From an uncultured Veillonellaceae bacterium (GTDB lineage Bacteria; Bacillota; Negativicutes; JARBTT01): a stretch of DNA of 64,000 bases. Each line of letters starts with the position of its first letter. Positions within the stretch are counted from its first letter, which is position 1. The DNA lies in NCBI GenBank assembly GCA_963805085.1, contig CAWDTA010000002.1, positions 1,376,001 through 1,440,000 on the forward strand. The letters are read 5' to 3'. A model generated the notes under the pieces. That model was not told where the DNA came from, ran no database searches, and saw only the letters and a list, made by a program, of their open reading frames with translations. Made by a program: the position numbers and the translations under genes. Positions 51,748-61,377 of the stretch are shown here, piece by piece.

Positions 51748-51934
51748 CAAAAATTCGGATGCTTCCTTTTATCTGTTGAAACATTAACCAATTATTTATA
51801 TAAATCAGCTAAATATGATAAATAAAATATAAAAGTAAAAATGAAACTCCTGCTGGATTCTGTATGAATTTGGCAGGAGTTTTGAGCTTATATGAGAATA
51901 TGTAATTTTGATATCAAAAAGTCAATGGCGAGGT
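51748..51934 (+). repeat. Co-oriented intergenic repeat, copy 18 (long form)
   Basis: CAAAAATTCGGATGCTTCC head, canonical hairpin and tail. Confidence 0.92.
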
Positions 51935-51984
51935 TGAGGAGAGTGAACTGGCGGAGGCACATATTACCTTGATAGGAGTAACAT

Positions 51985-52728
51985 ATGGAATTATTAAATA
52001 CAGGTCATTATTTGCGTTCTATAAAATTATTGCGAAATGAAATAGATAGTTTCAATCAATATCCCTTTTCTTTACCAGTTTTTCGTGAGTTAGATTGTTT
52101 GGCGTTTCATCCACAGGTTACCTTTATTATTGGCGAAAATGGTACGGGAAAATCCACACTTTTAGAGGCAATTGCTATTGCATTGGAATTTAATCCGGAA
52201 GGAGGAACACGCAATTTTAATTTTTTTACAAGAGATTCTCATTCCCAGTTGCATAAGTATTTTCATTTAATTCGAGGCGCTAGAAAACCTAGGGATGGAT
52301 TTTTTTTGCGTGCAGAAAGCTTTTATAATCTTGCGACAGAAATAGATGAACTTAAAATCAGTGATTTTTATGGAGGTCGATCTTTGCATGACCAGTCACA
52401 TGGAGAGGCTTTTTTTGCGATTTTTATGAACAAGTTTAGAGGAAATGGATTATATATATTAGATGAGCCAGAGGCAGCATTATCGCCTACGCGGCAAATG
52501 GCAATGCTCTCAAGAATGCATGAATTAGTGAATCAGCAATCACAATTTATTATTGCAACTCATTCACCTATTATAATGGGGTATCCAGATGCAATGATTT
52601 TGCAAATAGCAAATAATAGTATTGAAGTTATTGAATACGAAAGAACAGAGCATTATATTGTAATGAAACAATTTATGAACAACCGCAAAAAAATGTTGAA
52701 AGTATTGTTAGAAGATGAGAGGTATTAG
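51985..52728 (+). CDS. AAA/ABC-type ATPase
   Basis: GENGTGKST Walker A; SHGE; ILDEPEAALSP; ATHSP. Confidence 0.9.
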   Translation: MELLNTGHYLRSIKLLRNEIDSFNQYPFSLPVFRELDCLAFHPQVTFIIGENGTGKSTLLEAIAIALEFNPEGGTRNFNFFTRDSHSQLHKYFHLIRGARKPRDGFFLRAESFYNLATEIDELKISDFYGGRSLHDQSHGEAFFAIFMNKFRGNGLYILDEPEAALSPTRQMAMLSRMHELVNQQSQFIIATHSPIIMGYPDAMILQIANNSIEVIEYERTEHYIVMKQFMNNRKKMLKVLLEDERY

Positions 52729-52973
52729 CGTAATAAATATAAGGGAATGAAGATGCAGCCTTATTATCTTAGGGAGAAACGAGAAAAGTGTTATGACACT
52801 AGTAGAACAGAAAAAACTAACAAGAAAAGATCACCGTTTCTAGTCGTTTGAGAAAGGATAGGAAAATTCATTTAGTAAATGACGCAGTGGATTTTACAGA
52901 AGAGAATTAGAAGAGAAGCTAAAGCAGATAATTTAAAGATTCAGTGTGCGTGAGAAATGTATAATATATGTTA

Positions 52974-53113
52974 AATAAATCTAAATAATTAAGGTAAGCT
53001 CCTGCTAAATTTCGTATAAATTTGGCAGGAGCTTTGAGCTTTTGTGAGAATATACAAATTTAATTTCAAATAGTAGATATCAAGGTGATGGAAAAGAAAC
53101 GTCTCCGAGCATC
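52974..53113 (+). repeat. Co-oriented intergenic repeat, copy 19 (overlaps 3' end of next gene)
   Basis: AAGCTCCTGCTAAATTTCGTATAAATTTGGCAGGAGCTT..GATGGAAAAGAAACGTCTCC. Confidence 0.9.
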
Positions 53114-53503
53114 TCTCATATCATACCGTAGCATCTGCTTTGCAGATGCTACGGTGATCTCTAATACAGCACGAATCCAAGAAAATCTTTCCTTCATGCG
53201 ATTAAAGTCTTCACCATCTTTTATAAAACGCGTGCTTCCTTTGACGATAAAACCTGTTCCAATCCCTTTATAACCAGCAACTTCTCTGCTAGCAATGGAA
53301 ATGATTACTTCATTTTGAGTTAAAAGATTTCTTTCAGTTTTAACAAAATCAGAAACTGGAATCAGAAGTTTGTCATTTGCTGTCACTTCGATATAACTAT
53401 TCCAAGTATTTACTAAATGGGCACCATCGGCACCATTTGTTACAATAGAAACGCATCCATCTACAGGATGAGAAAGAATAGTTAATAATTTTTCGTTTAG
53501 CAT
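53066..53503 (-). CDS. Pyridoxamine 5'-phosphate oxidase-family FMN-binding protein
   Basis: HLVNTWNSY, KTERN, GTGF, WIRAVLEITV. Confidence 0.85.
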   Translation of the reverse strand: MLNEKLLTILSHPVDGCVSIVTNGADGAHLVNTWNSYIEVTANDKLLIPVSDFVKTERNLLTQNEVIISIASREVAGYKGIGTGFIVKGSTRFIKDGEDFNRMKERFSWIRAVLEITVASAKQMLRYDMRDARRRFFSITLISTI

Positions 53504-53697
53504 TATAATACATCCTCTCAATTACGATATCAGTTAAGATATACATATTATAAATAAAATTTGCCCCTAATAGTAGAGACAGATTGTAAAAATAATACGG
53601 GGGCAGTTTAAGGTGTTCAGATTGACACTGCTTATTACGCGTGGATATAATAAAGGCAATTAAGTGGCTAAATAAAAGATGATTGTTGGTGAATTTG

Positions 53698-53907
53698 ATG
53701 TTTGTTTTAGATTGCAAAGATCCTCGACCGCTACACGTTAAACTTTATAATCAAATTAAAAATCAAATCTTAGCAGGAAAATTAATTTCAGAGACTCATC
53801 AAAGTGACAAAAACTATCCTACTCGCGTAATGCTTGGATTTGGAAGGATGAATCCTGATGAATTGGAAAAAGGGATCAAACTATTAGCTCAGGCTTGGGA
53901 GTTATAA
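53698..53907 (+). pseudogene. MocR/GabR-family regulator remnant (N- and C-termini fused)
   Basis: PLHVKLYNQIKNQILAGKL (GntR start) joined to VMLGFG..EELEKGIKLLAQAW-like C-terminal end. Confidence 0.7.
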
Positions 53908-55362
53908 ATCACATTGAGCAGATGTTTTCGATACATTATCATGTAATTGAGATTTTGTTTTTTTATTCAAAAACAGAGTAATGACCAGTGCGAGTAAAAA
54001 GAAAAAAAGAACGAAGTAAAAAGCTATATGAATAGAATCCATAAATAAGGGCTTATTCAAACCAGAAACCACAACTGATTTAGCCAATAATTGTGAAATT
54101 GTATCTGTTGGCAAAACAACTTGCATTGCTGCTACAGCCAAAGGTTGGCTTAAAGATCTACCAATATTATAAATCGTGTAAAACATACCTGAAACCGCTC
54201 CGGCTTCTCCTTGCGTACCTGATGAAAGAACTAATTTTGCAAGCGCCGGCCAAGAAAGACCATTGGCAATAGAGAGAATGATTAAACAAATGACAAAAGC
54301 CGTTGTAGAAAACTGTTCACTCATATTTCCGAGTGTATAAGTAGTTCCAATCAATAAAATAAGACCTATATACATCATACGCAAAGAACCAAACCGATCG
54401 GCAAGAATGCCGCCAAGTGGTCCCATAAGAAGTTGGGGGGCGGATAGAGGAATCATAAGAAATCCAGCTTGACGTGGCGTTAATTGCAAAATTCCTTGTA
54501 AATAAAATGTTATAAGAAATGAAATAGCAAAGTAGGCAATACAGTAGCTCATTGTAATACCTAGTCCAGCTGTATACTTCATATTGTAAAGAAGTTTTAA
54601 ATTAAATAAAGGATAAGGATTGCTTAGTTCCACTTTTATAAAGAAAAATCCTAAGATAATAGAAGTGAAAATTAAAGTAATAACAGGTGCTGAACTCCAA
54701 CCGAGCGATTGCCCTTCTGATAAAGCTATGAGCAATGTAATAAGGCTAAAAGCAAATGTAAATAGCCCCTTCCAATCTGTTCTGTTTTGTGATGGTATGA
54801 CTATATCATCGAAAAGAAACCACGCACCTAACATTCCTAAAAGTGTAAAGGGAACGGTCACAAAGAATATAGAGGCCCAGCTGAATTGCTCAAGCAATAT
54901 ACCTCCAATTACAGGACCAGTAAGAGATCCAATGACCCATGAAGTGGAATTTAATCCGATAGCTAAACCAAGTTGATGGGAAGGGAAAGTTCGCATCATG
55001 ATTGGCGTAGCCGTAGCGAGTGCTAGAGCTGCACCGATGCCTTTAATAAAACGAAAAAGAATTAAGAAGGTTCCTGAAGTGGCTAGCCCGCAAAAAGCAG
55101 TAGCAATTGTAAAAATCCCCAATCCCCAGATGAAAATTCGTTTGCTGCCTAAGATATCTGCCCAGCGACCGGCCGGCAATAAAAAAGTAGTGCTCGTAAT
55201 AAGATATGATGTAATAATCCAAGTTCCCGTTATAATAGAAATATTTAATCCTTCCATTATCGCTGGTAAACCAATGATAACAATCGTCGCGTCTACATTC
55301 GTAATGAACGAAACTAACGTAATAATCGATAAAATAATCCATTTTTTCTCCAATCGATTCAT
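53902..55362 (-). CDS. MFS transporter, DHA2 (14-TM) type
   Basis: DATIVIIGLP, GRWADILGSKR, GPVIGG. Confidence 0.92.
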   Translation of the reverse strand: MNRLEKKWIILSIITLVSFITNVDATIVIIGLPAIMEGLNISIITGTWIITSYLITSTTFLLPAGRWADILGSKRIFIWGLGIFTIATAFCGLATSGTFLILFRFIKGIGAALALATATPIMMRTFPSHQLGLAIGLNSTSWVIGSLTGPVIGGILLEQFSWASIFFVTVPFTLLGMLGAWFLFDDIVIPSQNRTDWKGLFTFAFSLITLLIALSEGQSLGWSSAPVITLIFTSIILGFFFIKVELSNPYPLFNLKLLYNMKYTAGLGITMSYCIAYFAISFLITFYLQGILQLTPRQAGFLMIPLSAPQLLMGPLGGILADRFGSLRMMYIGLILLIGTTYTLGNMSEQFSTTAFVICLIILSIANGLSWPALAKLVLSSGTQGEAGAVSGMFYTIYNIGRSLSQPLAVAAMQVVLPTDTISQLLAKSVVVSGLNKPLFMDSIHIAFYFVLFFFLLALVITLFLNKKTKSQLHDNVSKTSAQCDL

Positions 55363-55475
55363 GATATTTCTCCTTTGATCCTTTTTATTTTCTAGTTTAC
55401 ACAGAAAATAATATCAAGTAAAATGATTACAAATGATATTACAGTTCATTTATAATGATATATGGGGTGAGAAAT

Positions 55476-56324
55476 ATGGAGAGCCATGATTTACGAATCT
55501 TCCGCGCTGTCGCCTATAGTGGTAGTGTTACAAAAGCCGCTCAACAACTAGGCTACGTGCAATCGAATATAACAGCAAGAATACAACAGTTAGAAGAAGA
55601 ATTAAAAACACCTTTGTTTTATCGCCATCGTGGTATGCTATTGACCCGAAAGGGCGAACTTCTTTTGCAGTATGCTGAAAGAATCTTACATTTGCTTGAT
55701 GAAGCAAATAAATCCTTAGTTAATTCTGATGAAACAGGCGGAGAATTGGCGATTGGAGCAAACCAGACTTTTTCTACAATTAATCTTCCTGAGATTTTGG
55801 GGAAGTTTCATAAAAGTTTTCCCAATGTAGCCTTATCGTTGATCACTGGACAAACAGATGAGCTAGTCGAAAAGGTATTGCATTTTCAACTGGATACAGC
55901 CTTTATTACAATACCTATTCAGCACGAAAATCTGATAAAAGAACTTATATCTGAAGAAAATCTGGTGCTGATCGCCAGCTCGGCAATTACTACTTTAGAA
56001 GAAGTGTATAGTCAATCTTTTCTGATGAATCCTCCAAATTGTCCGTGTCGAATTCAATTAGAAAAATGGTTGAAAGACAATGGAGTGAATAATGCACGAT
56101 TTATGGAATTTAACAACATTGATGCAATTATTAGCGGTGTAATCGTAGGATTAGGCGTAGCTTTTGTTCCGCAATCGACAATTAGAAAGCATGAAATGGC
56201 TGGTACATTGAAATCTTTTGCAATCCCTTTAGAATATAGTTTATCGCAAACTTTTTTAATACGGCATAAAGAGGTTTTAATGACAAATGCTTTTAGAGAA
56301 TTTATTGCTATGGTGAAAATATAA
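55476..56324 (+). CDS. LysR-family regulator
   Basis: GSVTKAAQQLGYVQSNITARIQQLE; divergent from MFS gene. Confidence 0.93.
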   Translation: MESHDLRIFRAVAYSGSVTKAAQQLGYVQSNITARIQQLEEELKTPLFYRHRGMLLTRKGELLLQYAERILHLLDEANKSLVNSDETGGELAIGANQTFSTINLPEILGKFHKSFPNVALSLITGQTDELVEKVLHFQLDTAFITIPIQHENLIKELISEENLVLIASSAITTLEEVYSQSFLMNPPNCPCRIQLEKWLKDNGVNNARFMEFNNIDAIISGVIVGLGVAFVPQSTIRKHEMAGTLKSFAIPLEYSLSQTFLIRHKEVLMTNAFREFIAMVKI

Positions 56325-56333
56325 AAAATTTTC

Positions 56334-56470
56334 AATAGAATATAAACACCAAAAAAAAAACTCCTGCTGAATTTTGTATGAATTTGGCAGGAGTTTTGAG
56401 CTTTTATGAAAATATGTAATTTTAATATTAAAAAGTTGATGACAAGTTGACGTAAAAGGAACATCTCCGA
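56334..56470 (+). repeat. Co-oriented intergenic repeat, copy 20 (closest to consensus)
   Basis: AATAGAATATAAA..AAACTCCTGCTGAATTTTGTATGAATTTGGCAGGAGTTTTGAGCTTTTATGAAAATATGTAATTTTAATATTAAAAAGTTGATG. Confidence 0.92.
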
Positions 56471-56555
56471 GTGTAACCGATAGAAACAGAATTTATAGTA
56501 GATTTGGCTCAGAGTTTTCAACTCAATTGGATCATGAAATACAAAAATTATTGAA

Positions 56556-57491
56556 TTAAACTAAAGTACTATTTGAATATAATGAAGTTCGAAGACGATT
56601 AATATCGCTTAACGGGGGTAATCCGAACATGCGCGCATATTCCCGGCTGAATTGAGAGGGACTTTCATATCCTACATGAAAACTGACTTCCGCTACATTT
56701 ATTGATTCGGACAGCAGTAAACGACGCGCTTCCTGCAATCTTATCATCTTTTGATATTGTAACGGACTCATGGCTGTTACTTTCCTAAAATGACTATGCA
56801 GAGATGAGGTACTCATGTTTACGTTTGCTGCCAGTTCATCGATTCGTAGCGGTTTAGAAAATTCATTGTTAATCAGACTAATTATCTTTGAAATCGAATG
56901 CGCGTGACTGCCGATTATAGCAAACTGTTTGATAAGATAGCCCTGATCATTCTGCGAAATCCGGTATAAAATCTCACGGATAAATAAAGGAGAAAGAACC
57001 GGAATATCCTGCGGAGTATTTAAAAGACGAACAAGCCTTAACATAGAATCAAGCAAATAAGAGGTAGTCTTATTCACGACCAATCCCCTGCATGAATCCA
57101 TTTTGCCTTTCCATGGCTGATCAGAAGTTTTGATAATATCTAAAATCTGGTCGGTGCTAAAACTGAGCTGAACACATAAATATGGCTCTTGCGGAGTGGC
57201 TTGGATGATTTGACCAGTAATTGGAAGTTGAACAGAGGTTACTAAATAACACGCCGGGTCATACTGGTAGGTTTCATTAGCCAACATTACAATTTTTGAA
57301 CCTTGTGCAATCATCAATAAAGAGGGTTCGTAGATAGCATGCAGAGGTTCAGATACATTGGATGCACGAATTAACCGTAATGCAGGTATGGCTGTGGTGT
57401 GTATTCCATCAGAAGAAACAAGGCTGCTAAGAAGTAAAGCCAGTTCCTTTTGGTATTGTGCAATTTTATTATTTTGTATTGATATGCTCAT
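56556..57491 (-). CDS. AraC-family regulator (AraC_N type)
   Basis: AQGSK, MSPLQYQKMIRL, VGYESPSQFSREYARMFG. Confidence 0.93.
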   Translation of the reverse strand: MSISIQNNKIAQYQKELALLLSSLVSSDGIHTTAIPALRLIRASNVSEPLHAIYEPSLLMIAQGSKIVMLANETYQYDPACYLVTSVQLPITGQIIQATPQEPYLCVQLSFSTDQILDIIKTSDQPWKGKMDSCRGLVVNKTTSYLLDSMLRLVRLLNTPQDIPVLSPLFIREILYRISQNDQGYLIKQFAIIGSHAHSISKIISLINNEFSKPLRIDELAANVNMSTSSLHSHFRKVTAMSPLQYQKMIRLQEARRLLLSESINVAEVSFHVGYESPSQFSREYARMFGLPPLSDINRLRTSLYSNSTLV

Positions 57492-57687
57492 TGCATAATC
57501 CCCTTTAAGGCCAAATGATATAAAAATTATACTGTGATTTGTAGGATTAGGCAATGATAAAGCTGTAATAGGCTACCGTAACAAATCTATTTTTATATAT
57601 AATGATTATGTAATTAATTGTTCCATGACACAAAACAGACTACAGCGCAGATATATGCTGCTGATATTATAAGGAGGTATTTTTTTT

Positions 57688-58422
57688 ATGAATAAAAATC
57701 AAAGAATATCAATTGTTACTGGTGGTTCAAGAGGCATTGGACGTTCCGTCGCAGAGCGACTTGCAGCAAATGGACAAACTGTGGTGATAGCATATGCAAG
57801 CAATCATGAAGAAGCAGATAAAGCTGCTCAGTCAATAGTTGCTAATGGAGGGAAAGCCATAGCAATACAAGCAGATGTTGCTGATGAGGAGGCAGTCAGC
57901 CGACTTTTCGATGAAACGGAACAAAAATTTGGGGGCGTCGATGTTGTTGTCAATTCAGCGGGCATTATGATCCTTAATACAGTGGCTGATTTTGATCTTG
58001 AAGCACTTGATCGCATGCATCGTACAAATATTCGCGGCACATTCGTAGTCAATCAGCAGGCTGCACGACGTGTCCGTTCCGGTGGCGCTATCATTAATCT
58101 GTCAACATCAGTAAAGAAACTTGCACTGCCTACTTATGCTGCTTATGCGGCTAGCAAGGGGGCTGTTGATGCAATAAGCCTTGTACTCGCCAAAGAACTG
58201 CGCGGGCGTGATATTACTGTAAATGCTATTGCACCAGGACCTACAGCAACAGCATTATTTCTAGAAGGCAAAGATGAGGAAACAATTGACCGTTTGTCTA
58301 AGATGAATCCTATTGAGCGCTTAGGGAATACAGATGACATTGCCGAAGTGATTTCGTTTCTTGCAGGTTCCGCTCGATGGATTAATGGCCAGACCATTTA
58401 TGTAAATGGCGGAATGGTATAG
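57688..58422 (+). CDS. Short-chain dehydrogenase/reductase
   Basis: TGGSRGIG, NSAG, YAASK. Confidence 0.94.
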   Translation: MNKNQRISIVTGGSRGIGRSVAERLAANGQTVVIAYASNHEEADKAAQSIVANGGKAIAIQADVADEEAVSRLFDETEQKFGGVDVVVNSAGIMILNTVADFDLEALDRMHRTNIRGTFVVNQQAARRVRSGGAIINLSTSVKKLALPTYAAYAASKGAVDAISLVLAKELRGRDITVNAIAPGPTATALFLEGKDEETIDRLSKMNPIERLGNTDDIAEVISFLAGSARWINGQTIYVNGGMV

Positions 58423-58528
58423 TTACATTATCCGGAATTGTAAGAGCTATTTAAGAACAAAATATAGCCAAGGGCAATTTTTAGACATTATCGAGTGCCA
58501 AAAGAGAGGACTTCTTTCAATGTTGCTT

Positions 58529-58879
58529 CTATAGAGTAGGATTAGGCATTTTGTTTTGGTCAACAATATATTTATCGCTCCAAATCTGCAAAGAATTTAA
58601 CACGGTGAATAGCTGAAATCCGAGTAGGGTTAAGCGGTATTCAACATGTGGAGGTATTTCTGGGTATGATATGCGCTCAACAAGTACATCATTTTCTAGT
58701 TCGCGAAGTTTTTCCGTAAGCACTTTTTCGCTAATGCCAGGTAATTTTCTCTGCAGCTCTAGAAAACGGTAAGATTGATCGTTTAAATGACAGATAATTA
58801 CTGCTTTCCATTTGCCCTTGATTAGGCTGACAGCGTAATCCAAGCTACAGATATAATCTTGATTATTGATTGTAAGCAT
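58529..58879 (-). CDS. HxlR-family regulator
   Basis: IKGKWKAVII, ISEKVLTEKLRELE, PPHVEYRLT. Confidence 0.92.
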   Translation of the reverse strand: MLTINNQDYICSLDYAVSLIKGKWKAVIICHLNDQSYRFLELQRKLPGISEKVLTEKLRELENDVLVERISYPEIPPHVEYRLTLLGFQLFTVLNSLQIWSDKYIVDQNKMPNPTL

Positions 58880-59003
58880 AAATGTATTCCTTTCTTGTAA
58901 AGCGGATTTTTTTTTGATAGTCTCCTTACCTTTTGGTAAGTATAGTTACGTAAAAGTGCGTACTTGTATAGGGGTGCTTTGTAATATATATTAGGTACTA
59001 AAG

Positions 59004-59040
59004 AAAAAAATCCTGCGCTAATGAATTTGGCAGGAATATT
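59004..59040 (+). repeat. Degenerate hairpin-only copy of the co-oriented repeat
   Basis: AAAATCCTGCGCTAATGAATTTGGCAGGA. Confidence 0.5.
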
Positions 59041-59055
59041 TAAGGAGAATGAAAT

Positions 59056-59691
59056 ATGAAAGTTATCGCCTTTAATGGTAGCCCTCACAAGGATGGCAAT
59101 ACTGATCATGCACTAAAAGTTATTGGTCAAGAGCTGATAAAAGAAGGAATAGAATTTGAAGTCGTTCATGTAGGTAACAAAGCTGTAAGAGGCTGTATTG
59201 CGTGTATGGGGTGTGTTAAAAATCAAAATGAACGCTGTTCAATTGCCACTGACGAAGTGAATGACTGGATTCAGAAGATGAAAGAAGCCGACGGGATATT
59301 ATTAGGATCACCGGTACATTATGCTGGCATTGCAGGAACGATGAAATCTTTCCTAGACAGAGCGTTCTTCGTTACCTCTGTTAACCAATCCATGTTGCGT
59401 AATAAAGTTGGTGCGACGGTAGTAGCGGTAAGACGATCGGGTGGGGTCTCGACGTTCGATTCTCTTAATCACTATATCATGTATTCCGAAATGATTATGC
59501 CAACATCAAATTATTGGAATGTTACGCATGGATTAGAAGCTAAGGAAGCGGAAAAAGACGAGGAAGGCAACCAAATCATGAGTAGCTTAGGGAAAAATAT
59601 GGCTTGGTTATTAAAAGTATTGGCTGCTGGTAGAAAGCAAGTAGAACCTGTTTTAGCAGAGGAAAAGAAGTTCACAAATTTTATTAGATAG
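59056..59691 (+). CDS. Flavodoxin-family iron-sulfur flavoprotein
   Basis: FNGSPHKDGNT, GCIACMGC, GSPVHY, RRSGG. Confidence 0.92.
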   Translation: MKVIAFNGSPHKDGNTDHALKVIGQELIKEGIEFEVVHVGNKAVRGCIACMGCVKNQNERCSIATDEVNDWIQKMKEADGILLGSPVHYAGIAGTMKSFLDRAFFVTSVNQSMLRNKVGATVVAVRRSGGVSTFDSLNHYIMYSEMIMPTSNYWNVTHGLEAKEAEKDEEGNQIMSSLGKNMAWLLKVLAAGRKQVEPVLAEEKKFTNFIR

Positions 59692-59925
59692 AAATCTTTA
59701 ATTACATGGATTTTGGTGAAAAAGAGACTCTTGGATAAGAGAGCCGAAGGGACAATTCTGGTTTGACATTGTTGATTTTACTTTCTTATTTTATTAATAG
59801 TTAACAAACCATGAATAAAAGCTAACGGTAATAGCGGTAAATAGAATATAAAAGTTCAAAAAAATCGACACCGCGCCTATAATTTTATTGAGAAGCCATT
59901 TCTTAGGCAGTTTTAAATTCTAGCT

Positions 59926-60129
59926 TCAATCAAGATAATCGAAAAAATTTGCATTGAATGAAGTAATTTCCTTATGCTGTAGCTTTGAAAAAGATTTATG
60001 GCCGATTTCGTAACGTCGGCAGCATTCTTTAGCTCGCTGGATTTTCCTTTTGCGATAAGTATCAAACTTGTCGAGGATTTTCTGTGCTAGGGTATTTGCA
60101 ATACGGTATATTATGGTTGTATGAGTCAT
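59926..60129 (-). CDS. Small basic hypothetical protein
   Basis: RBS GGAGAGGG; 67 aa. Confidence 0.5.
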   Translation of the reverse strand: MTHTTIIYRIANTLAQKILDKFDTYRKRKIQRAKECCRRYEIGHKSFSKLQHKEITSFNANFFDYLD

Positions 60130-60208
60130 AGTTTATTCCCTCTCCCTAATCGTTTTGTAAACCTTTATACATTTATTATGTCCGGAAGCCCATAGAAAGG
60201 GAAATACA

Positions 60209-60255
60209 ATTATAGCATATCTATATAGTTAAAAACTATATAGATATGCTATAAT
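60209..60255. promoter_or_regulatory. 22-bp perfect inverted repeat in divergent promoter region
   Basis: ATTATAGCATATCTATATAGTT-AAA-AACTATATAGATATGCTATAAT. Confidence 0.75.
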
Positions 60256-60296
60256 GAAAACAAATAGTCTATTCACTTAAAAGGGGAGGCTAAGCT

Positions 60297-61169
60297 GTGA
60301 ATGTTATTCAAATGAGGTATTTTTACGAAGTATGCCGTTGGCAGAATATCACGAAGGCTGCAGAAAATCTGCATGTATCGCAGCCAACGATAAGCGTAGC
60401 AATGCAGTCTCTTGAAGCAGAAACTGGACTAAATCTCTTCCGACGTAATGGCAAAAAGATTTTTATCTCGAAGGATGGAAATATCCTACTGGCGAGAATT
60501 CGTCCTATTTTGGAGCAGATGGATCATTTGGAACAAGAAATTAACGAAATGGCGCACAAACGAAATCATATCCGCGTTGCATTGCCTCCACAGATTGGTA
60601 TCCGTATTGCACCGCTGTTGCTAGGAAAATTCAGGCAGGAAAATCCGGAAATCATAGTGGAAATTATTGAAACCGGCCCGATAAATTCTCTGCGAATGTT
60701 GAAAGATGAGAAACTTGATCTAGCACTCATGAATTATACAGCGGATTGCGATGATGGCTTTATCTATCGAAAGCTCGGAGAGGCGGAATGTTGTTTTTGT
60801 ACCTATTCGAGCTCTCCGCTTGCTAAGCAGCAAGTCATTACGATAGAGGATGTAAAGGACGAACCGTTGGTTCTGTTGGATAGCACTTTCAATCTTACAC
60901 ATTTTGTTCACCAGATATTTATGAAGCACGGATTTAAACCGAACGTTCTCCATTATTCACCTTATCTGCATACAGTGAGAAATCTCGTAAGTCAGAAAAT
61001 TGCTTCGACCTTTTTAATAAAACATGCAATCTTGCCAGATGATGATATCATCGCGCTCTCGGTAAATACGCCACTTTATCTCGATACCGGTATTGTGACC
61101 AAAAAGGGGCGGCAAATTTACTCAGATGAACGAATTTTAATCGATTTCTTAAAAAAATTTTTTGTGTAA
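60297..61169 (+). CDS. LysR-family regulator
   Basis: NITKAAENLHVSQPTISVAMQSLE. Confidence 0.93.
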   Translation: MNVIQMRYFYEVCRWQNITKAAENLHVSQPTISVAMQSLEAETGLNLFRRNGKKIFISKDGNILLARIRPILEQMDHLEQEINEMAHKRNHIRVALPPQIGIRIAPLLLGKFRQENPEIIVEIIETGPINSLRMLKDEKLDLALMNYTADCDDGFIYRKLGEAECCFCTYSSSPLAKQQVITIEDVKDEPLVLLDSTFNLTHFVHQIFMKHGFKPNVLHYSPYLHTVRNLVSQKIASTFLIKHAILPDDDIIALSVNTPLYLDTGIVTKKGRQIYSDERILIDFLKKFFV

Positions 61170-61213
61170 AATTTGGATGGCAAGGTGACGGGAAATGGAC
61201 GTCCTCACCTGTC
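61168..61213 (+). repeat. Co-oriented repeat, tail-only copy
   Basis: GATGGCAAGGTGACGGGAAATGGACGTCCTCACCTGTC. Confidence 0.75.
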
Positions 61214-61251
61214 TGCAAGAGTAGATAGAGGTAGATTAATTTGAGAACAAG

Positions 61252-61330
61252 AAGGGGCTGCCACACCAATTTCTGAGCTGCTCCCTGTATACTTGACAGG
61301 GAGCAGCTCATTTTAGTGCGACAGCCCCTT
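61252..61330. repeat. Nested GC-rich inverted repeat (MITE-like)
   Basis: AAGGGGCTG..TGAGCTGCTCCCTGT-7-ACAGGGAGCAGCTCA..CAGCCCCTT. Confidence 0.7.
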
Positions 61331-61377
61331 GAGTTTTTAGGCTATGTCTCTGTCAAATTGCTTGTGCTACAACTAAG

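Noticed and set aside
52790-52950. Possible methyltransferase remnant
   Set aside because: Similarity is only a few residues across broken frames; not supportable.
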